Positions 60,124 through 64,000 of a stretch of 64,000 nt of DNA are shown one piece after another (positions within the stretch are counted from its first letter, which is position 1; every line of letters begins with the position of its first letter). Under the pieces are notes generated by a model, which was not told the DNA's origin, made no database searches, and saw only the letters and a program-made list of their open reading frames with translations. The translations under genes were made by a program, and so were the position numbers. The DNA lies in contig JANLFP010000004.1 of assembly GCA_024655905.1 (NCBI GenBank), positions 19,643 to 83,642 of the forward strand, in the 5' to 3' direction. The stretch is from Tepidanaerobacteraceae bacterium. GTDB lineage: Bacteria > Bacillota > Thermosediminibacteria > Thermosediminibacterales > Tepidanaerobacteraceae.

Positions 60124-60692
60124 ATAGTATAAGATGTTTTATTTCCATTGAAATTGATGATATAGTCAAAAAAGATATTGAGTGTTATATTAAAAAGCTG
60201 ACTAATTATACCATATTCAAGGAAATAAAATGGGTTAAAACGGATAACATGCATATTACTCTCGCATTTTTAGGTGAAACGCCGCTGGATGATATAAATC
60301 AAATATCAGAGATAATGGAACTTGCTTCAAAAAAATTTGAACCGTTTGTTATAAATTTGAAAGGTGCAGGATTTTTTCCTAATATGCACCATCCTAAGGT
60401 TTTCTGGATAGGTGTTGAAAAAACGCCCTTGCTCTATCATCTCAAAGAAGAAATCGATGCGTGCCTTGAAAAAAAAGGCCTAAAATTTGATAAAAAGCCA
60501 TTTTCACCGCATTTGACACTCGGGAGGATAAAAACAAGGTTGAATTCAAATCGGCATGTGAGCCGTCTGCCAGAATTCCAGGCTTCTCTTCTTGTAGAAA
60601 ATATATGCCTGGTAAAAAGCGAGCTTTTTAAAGAAGGCCCAATTTACTCAAATATTTTAACATTTCCGCTTAAAAAGCGTTTGACTCCTTAA
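60120..60692 (+). CDS. thpR: RNA 2',3'-cyclic phosphodiesterase ThpR (LigT, 2H phosphoesterase)
   Basis: Two HxTx motifs (MHITLAF and PHLTLGR). The TTG start overlaps the upstream stop. Confidence 0.85.
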   Translation: MNSIRCFISIEIDDIVKKDIECYIKKLTNYTIFKEIKWVKTDNMHITLAFLGETPLDDINQISEIMELASKKFEPFVINLKGAGFFPNMHHPKVFWIGVEKTPLLYHLKEEIDACLEKKGLKFDKKPFSPHLTLGRIKTRLNSNRHVSRLPEFQASLLVENICLVKSELFKEGPIYSNILTFPLKKRLTP

Positions 60693-60709
60693 TAAAGTCA
60701 AGTTATAAT
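60681..60709 (+). promoter_or_regulatory. Sigma-A-type promoter for recA
   Basis: TTGACT, a 17-nt spacer, then TATAAT. The -35 element overlaps the last codons of thpR. Confidence 0.65.
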
Positions 60710-60715
60710 AAATTA

Positions 60716-60729
60716 TGAACGATTGTTTG
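60716..60729 (+). promoter_or_regulatory. Candidate LexA (Cheo/SOS) box
   Basis: TGAACGATTGTTTG compared with the Firmicute consensus CGAAC-N4-GTTYG. It lies just downstream of the -10 element. Confidence 0.5.
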
Positions 60730-60743
60730 GAGGGGATTAAAAG

Positions 60744-61775
60744 ATGCTTGAAAAGCAAAAGGCTCTGGAAATGGCTCTATCCCAGATTGAGAGACAATTT
60801 GGGAAAGGCTCTATTATGAAACTTGGCGAAGCTCAATCCAGGTTCAATGTAGAAGTCATTCCTACCGGAGCTCTGCCTCTGGATGTAGCTCTGGGAGTCG
60901 GCGGAGTTCCGAGGGGAAGAATAGTGGAAATATTTGGCCCCGAATCTTCAGGGAAAACGACTGTTGCATTGCATATTGTGGCGGAAGCTCAAAGGGCAGG
61001 CGGAACCGCAGCCTTCATTGATGCGGAGCATGCTCTGGACCCGGCATATGCAAAAAATCTAGGCGTCGATACCGATAATTTACTTATTTCTCAGCCCGAT
61101 ACTGGAGAGCAAGCCCTTGAAATTGCGGAAGCCTTGGTTAGAAGCGGGGCAGTGGATGTAATAGTGATTGATTCTGTAGCAGCGCTGGTTCCAAAAGCTG
61201 AACTTGACGGTGAAATGGGTGATGCGCATGTAGGGTTGCAGGCCAGGCTCATGTCCCAGGCATTGCGAAAATTGGCTGGCGCCATCAGCAAATCCAAAAC
61301 GGTCGCCATATTTATAAATCAATTAAGGGAAAAAGTTGGAATTATGTTCGGAAACCCTGAAACAACTCCCGGAGGCAGGGCTTTAAAATTTTATGCATCC
61401 GTTCGGATGGAGGTTCGAAAAAGCGAAGCCATAAAACAGGGGGATGAAATGCTTGGCAGCAGGACAAAGGTAAAAGTTGTTAAAAACAAAGTGGCTCCAC
61501 CTTTTAGGCAGGCCGAGTTTGACATTATTTACGGCGAAGGGATTTCAAAAGAAGGATGTATTTTGGATTTTGCATCCGATGAGGGGATAATACAAAAGAG
61601 TGGAGCATGGTACGCTTATGAAAAAGAAAGAATAGGTCAGGGCAGAGAAAACGCAAAGCAATACCTGAAAGAACACCAGGACATCTTAAAAGCCATAGAA
61701 TTAAAAGTAAAACAAAAGTACAATTTGGTAAGGGCTGATACAGAAAAAACCGGAGACTCTAAAGAAGGGACATGA
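60744..61775 (+). CDS. recA: Recombinase RecA
   Basis: Canonical RecA sequence ([19 protein letters not shown]1/L2 loops). No intein is present. Confidence 0.99.
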   Translation: MLEKQKALEMALSQIERQFGKGSIMKLGEAQSRFNVEVIPTGALPLDVALGVGGVPRGRIVEIFGPESSGKTTVALHIVAEAQRAGGTAAFIDAEHALDPAYAKNLGVDTDNLLISQPDTGEQALEIAEALVRSGAVDVIVIDSVAALVPKAELDGEMGDAHVGLQARLMSQALRKLAGAISKSKTVAIFINQLREKVGIMFGNPETTPGGRALKFYASVRMEVRKSEAIKQGDEMLGSRTKVKVVKNKVAPPFRQAEFDIIYGEGISKEGCILDFASDEGIIQKSGAWYAYEKERIGQGRENAKQYLKEHQDILKAIELKVKQKYNLVRADTEKTGDSKEGT

Positions 61776-61776
61776 T

Positions 61777-62772
61777 ATGCGGTTTTTATTTTTTACAGAT
61801 ACACACATCAGAGGTAACAATCCGCAAAACCGAAAGGATAATTTTTTTGAAACACTTCAAAAAAAGATTAAAGAGGTTTTTGATATAGCAATTGAAGAAA
61901 AAATAGATATAATTCTTCATGGAGGCGATATATTTGACAGACCCGATGTTTCCCCGGCACTGGTGCGGGATTTTGTGCTGCTGCTAAATAAATATCAAAT
62001 ACCTATATACGCTGTAGCAGGTAATCATGATATATATGGGCAAAATCCGCTGACAATAAACAGGACAATGCTGGGGTTGCTGGATGGCATGGCTTTGGTT
62101 AAATTGCTTCAACCGGGAAATAAGTTGATTTTTAAAGACGGTTCCAGAAGGATTCAACTAACAGGTCAACCTTATTTTTACGGAATAGATGGAGAATACA
62201 AAAAACAGAGTTATATAATGTCAAAAGATGAGAATGTAGATTTTGCCATACATATGGTTCATGGAATGTTGCTTGAAAAACCGTTTTTTGAAGGCATGTC
62301 CTATACCCTTTTAGAAGAAATAGCCGAAACTCAGGCTGATATAACTTTAACAGGTCATTATCATACAGGTTTTAATACAAAAGTAATCGATGGCAAATAT
62401 TTTATAAATCCTGGAAGCCTTGTAAGAATAAACAACAGCATAAATGAGCTTTCTAGAATGCCAAAAGTGATTATTATTGATATAACAGAAAAAATAAAAA
62501 TTGATGAGATTAATCTGAAATGTGCATTGCCGGGAGAAGAAGTCCTCGATAGAACAAAAGTACAGGCCATGGCATTTAAAGAAAAGAAGCTGGCTGAATT
62601 TATACAGGGAATATATTCAACAGGTCAATACAATTCGATAAATATAAGTAAAATTATTGAAGAGATTTCTTTGCATCAAAATTTAAAAAAAGAAGTTATA
62701 AAAGAAGCTTTGAAAAGGATTGGAGAGGCACAAGAAATATTGTCTGAAAAGCGTGTGGAAGATTGCCCCTGA
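61777..62772 (+). CDS. Mre11/SbcD-like metallophosphoesterase (YhaO-like DNA repair exonuclease)
   Basis: Carries the motifs FFTDTHIRG, HGGDIFD, AGNHD and GHYH. It starts 1 nt after the recA stop. Confidence 0.8.
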   Translation: MRFLFFTDTHIRGNNPQNRKDNFFETLQKKIKEVFDIAIEEKIDIILHGGDIFDRPDVSPALVRDFVLLLNKYQIPIYAVAGNHDIYGQNPLTINRTMLGLLDGMALVKLLQPGNKLIFKDGSRRIQLTGQPYFYGIDGEYKKQSYIMSKDENVDFAIHMVHGMLLEKPFFEGMSYTLLEEIAETQADITLTGHYHTGFNTKVIDGKYFINPGSLVRINNSINELSRMPKVIIIDITEKIKIDEINLKCALPGEEVLDRTKVQAMAFKEKKLAEFIQGIYSTGQYNSINISKIIEEISLHQNLKKEVIKEALKRIGEAQEILSEKRVEDCP

Positions 62773-62782
62773 GGTGAGATAA

Positions 62783-64000
62783 ATGAGTTATATAAAAAGA
62801 ATTAAACTTATAAATTTTCAATCCCATAAAAACTCTGAAATCATTTTAGATAAGGGGCTCACAGTAATATTGGGCCCTACCGACCAGGGCAAGAGTGCTA
62901 TAATCCGCGCATTGAAATGGGTTCTTTATAACGAACCACGCGGCACTGATTTTATAACTGTAGGCTGTAAATATTGTGCAGTCACTATAGAAATGAACAA
63001 CGGCACTATTATTATCAGAGAAAGAGATGGAAATAAAAATAGATATATCTTAAAAAAGCAAAATCAGGAACAGATTTTCGAAGGTTTTGGGAATAATGTT
63101 CCCCATGAAATAACAATGGCGCATGGCATACCCAAGATATACATCGATAGGGATTCCACATCTGCCGTTAATTTAGCCGAACAGCTTGAAGCTCCATTTC
63201 TTGTTTCAGAAAGCGGAAGCAACAGAGCAAAAGCTCTCGGGCAGCTGATAGGCATTAACGTAATTGATATAGCTCAGAGAAACACCCTTAAGGATTTAAT
63301 GGAGGCTGAACAGCACAAAAGATTAATAGACAATGAAATCTTAGAGATAAAAGAGGAATTAAAAAATTATCAGGATCTTCAAGAACTTGAAAATATAATG
63401 ACTGTTCTTAAATCGCTTTTGGATGAGATAAAGCAAAAGAGAATAAAATTTATGAAGCTTTTTGAAATAAAACAGAAGCTTGAACCTACAGTCCACGGAA
63501 TAAATGAAGCCTGTTTTGATTTAAAAATAACCGAAAATATTTCAGACGTTGAGGTTATATATAGCGAGATGCTCGACGATATTAATCGAATTATTGCATT
63601 AACGGCCTTAAGAGACAAACTAAAAGAAACTAGCAGGCATATAATGCTCACGAAAGAATATGTTGATAAAACCGAAGATTGTTTTAAAGCGCAAGATATT
63701 CTTAATTATATTGATAAACTGAATGAGAAAGTTCAAAGATATGACCAGATTCAAAAAAAATTGTTTCTGCTTGATAGGCAGATTAAAGAATATTCAAGGC
63801 AATTGGAAACATATGTTCATATAATGGATACTGAAAATTATATGGAAAAAATTGTTTATAAGAATGCTGAGCTCTTATCAATTGATGCTATAAGAAAAAA
63901 TCTATATGAAGTAGATTTATCGATAAAAAAAGGCCAGGAGTACTTGACACAACTGGCACAAAGTTTAGCTATGATGACAAGGCAATACGCCCTTCTTCTT
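62783..64000 (+). CDS. SbcC/Rad50-like AAA ATPase (YhaN-like), 3' end lies outside the window
   Basis: ATG at 62783, 5 nt after a GAGGTGAG SD. The frame is open through 64000 (406 codons) and is missing from the supplied ORF track. It has an N-terminal SMC-type Walker A (KLINFQSH...GPTDQGKSAI) followed by a long heptad-like coiled coil. Confidence 0.78.
   Translation, partial: MSYIKRIKLINFQSHKNSEIILDKGLTVILGPTDQGKSAIIRALKWVLYNEPRGTDFITVGCKYCAVTIEMNNGTIIIRERDGNKNRYILKKQNQEQIFEGFGNNVPHEITMAHGIPKIYIDRDSTSAVNLAEQLEAPFLVSESGSNRAKALGQLIGINVIDIAQRNTLKDLMEAEQHKRLIDNEILEIKEELKNYQDLQELENIMTVLKSLLDEIKQKRIKFMKLFEIKQKLEPTVHGINEACFDLKITENISDVEVIYSEMLDDINRIIALTALRDKLKETSRHIMLTKEYVDKTEDCFKAQDILNYIDKLNEKVQRYDQIQKKLFLLDRQIKEYSRQLETYVHIMDTENYMEKIVYKNAELLSIDAIRKNLYEVDLSIKKGQEYLTQLAQSLAMMTRQYALLL

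Noticed and set aside
61777-64000. The possibility that the SbcD-like and SbcC-like pair is an anti-phage defence module (Lamassu-, Gabija- or Wadjet-like SMC/nuclease systems).
   Set aside because: The context is core: the pair is fused to the recA unit behind a LexA-type box, with no mobile-element or defence-island neighbours. The Mre11-type motifs fit YhaO/SbcD repair nucleases. The ATPase is truncated, so the question cannot be settled here. It is kept only as a caveat in the recA-operon finding.

Overview
This 64-kb window is AT-rich, and every credible gene is on the + strand. It reads as a conserved core chromosomal block of a Firmicute, most likely a spore-forming, Thermoanaerobacterales-like member of the Clostridia. 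That placement is inferred from gene content and order only.

The gene order closely follows the Bacillus subtilis region running from the fla/che operon to recA:
- Flagellar and chemotaxis genes: cheY (5' truncated), fliO, fliP, fliQ, fliR, flhB, flhA, flhF, flhG, a PilZ protein, cheA, cheW, cheC, cheD, sigD, a DUF342/FapA-like protein and a small basic ORF.
- Fe-S cluster and tRNA thiolation genes: iscR, nifS, nifU and mnmA, followed by a small Zn-ribbon ORF and an AI-2E permease.
- Translation and lipid genes: rpsB, tsf, pyrH, frr, a small ORF, uppS, cdsA, a YtvI-like permease, rseP and ispG.
- A T-box leader with proS, then a family-2 glycosyltransferase (GT2), mgtC and polC.
- The rimP operon and neighbours: rimP, nusA, ylxR, ylxQ, infB, rbfA, nrnA, truB, ribF, rpsO and pnp.
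- ylxY-like deacetylase, alr, dut, ymxH, rnj, tepA, ylzJ, ftsK/spoIIIE, rodZ-like gene and rimO.
- A membrane ORF with a short FtsH-like protease, then cinA, a membrane metallophosphoesterase, thpR and recA.
- An SbcD-like gene and an SbcC-like gene that runs off the 3' edge. The ORF track omits this last gene.

I found no rRNA, tRNA, CRISPR array, transposase, integrase or obvious prophage or defence island. I therefore judge this to be an ordinary core region rather than an accessory island.

The items most worth a second look are:
- A roughly 65-nt hairpin-forming intergenic element present twice, upstream of ymxH and upstream of cinA.
- A 20-nt overlapping-palindrome motif shared by the pnp and cinA upstream regions.
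- A recA / SbcD-like / SbcC-like unit behind a LexA-box promoter.
- A stand-alone unit made of a membrane protein and a short FtsH paralog, sitting where pgsA lies in B. subtilis.
- Several synteny-slot substitutions: PilZ for cheB, YtvI-like for dxr, and GT2 plus MgtC inserted between proS and polC.

All functional calls rest on recognisable motifs and synteny recalled from memory. No database search was run.
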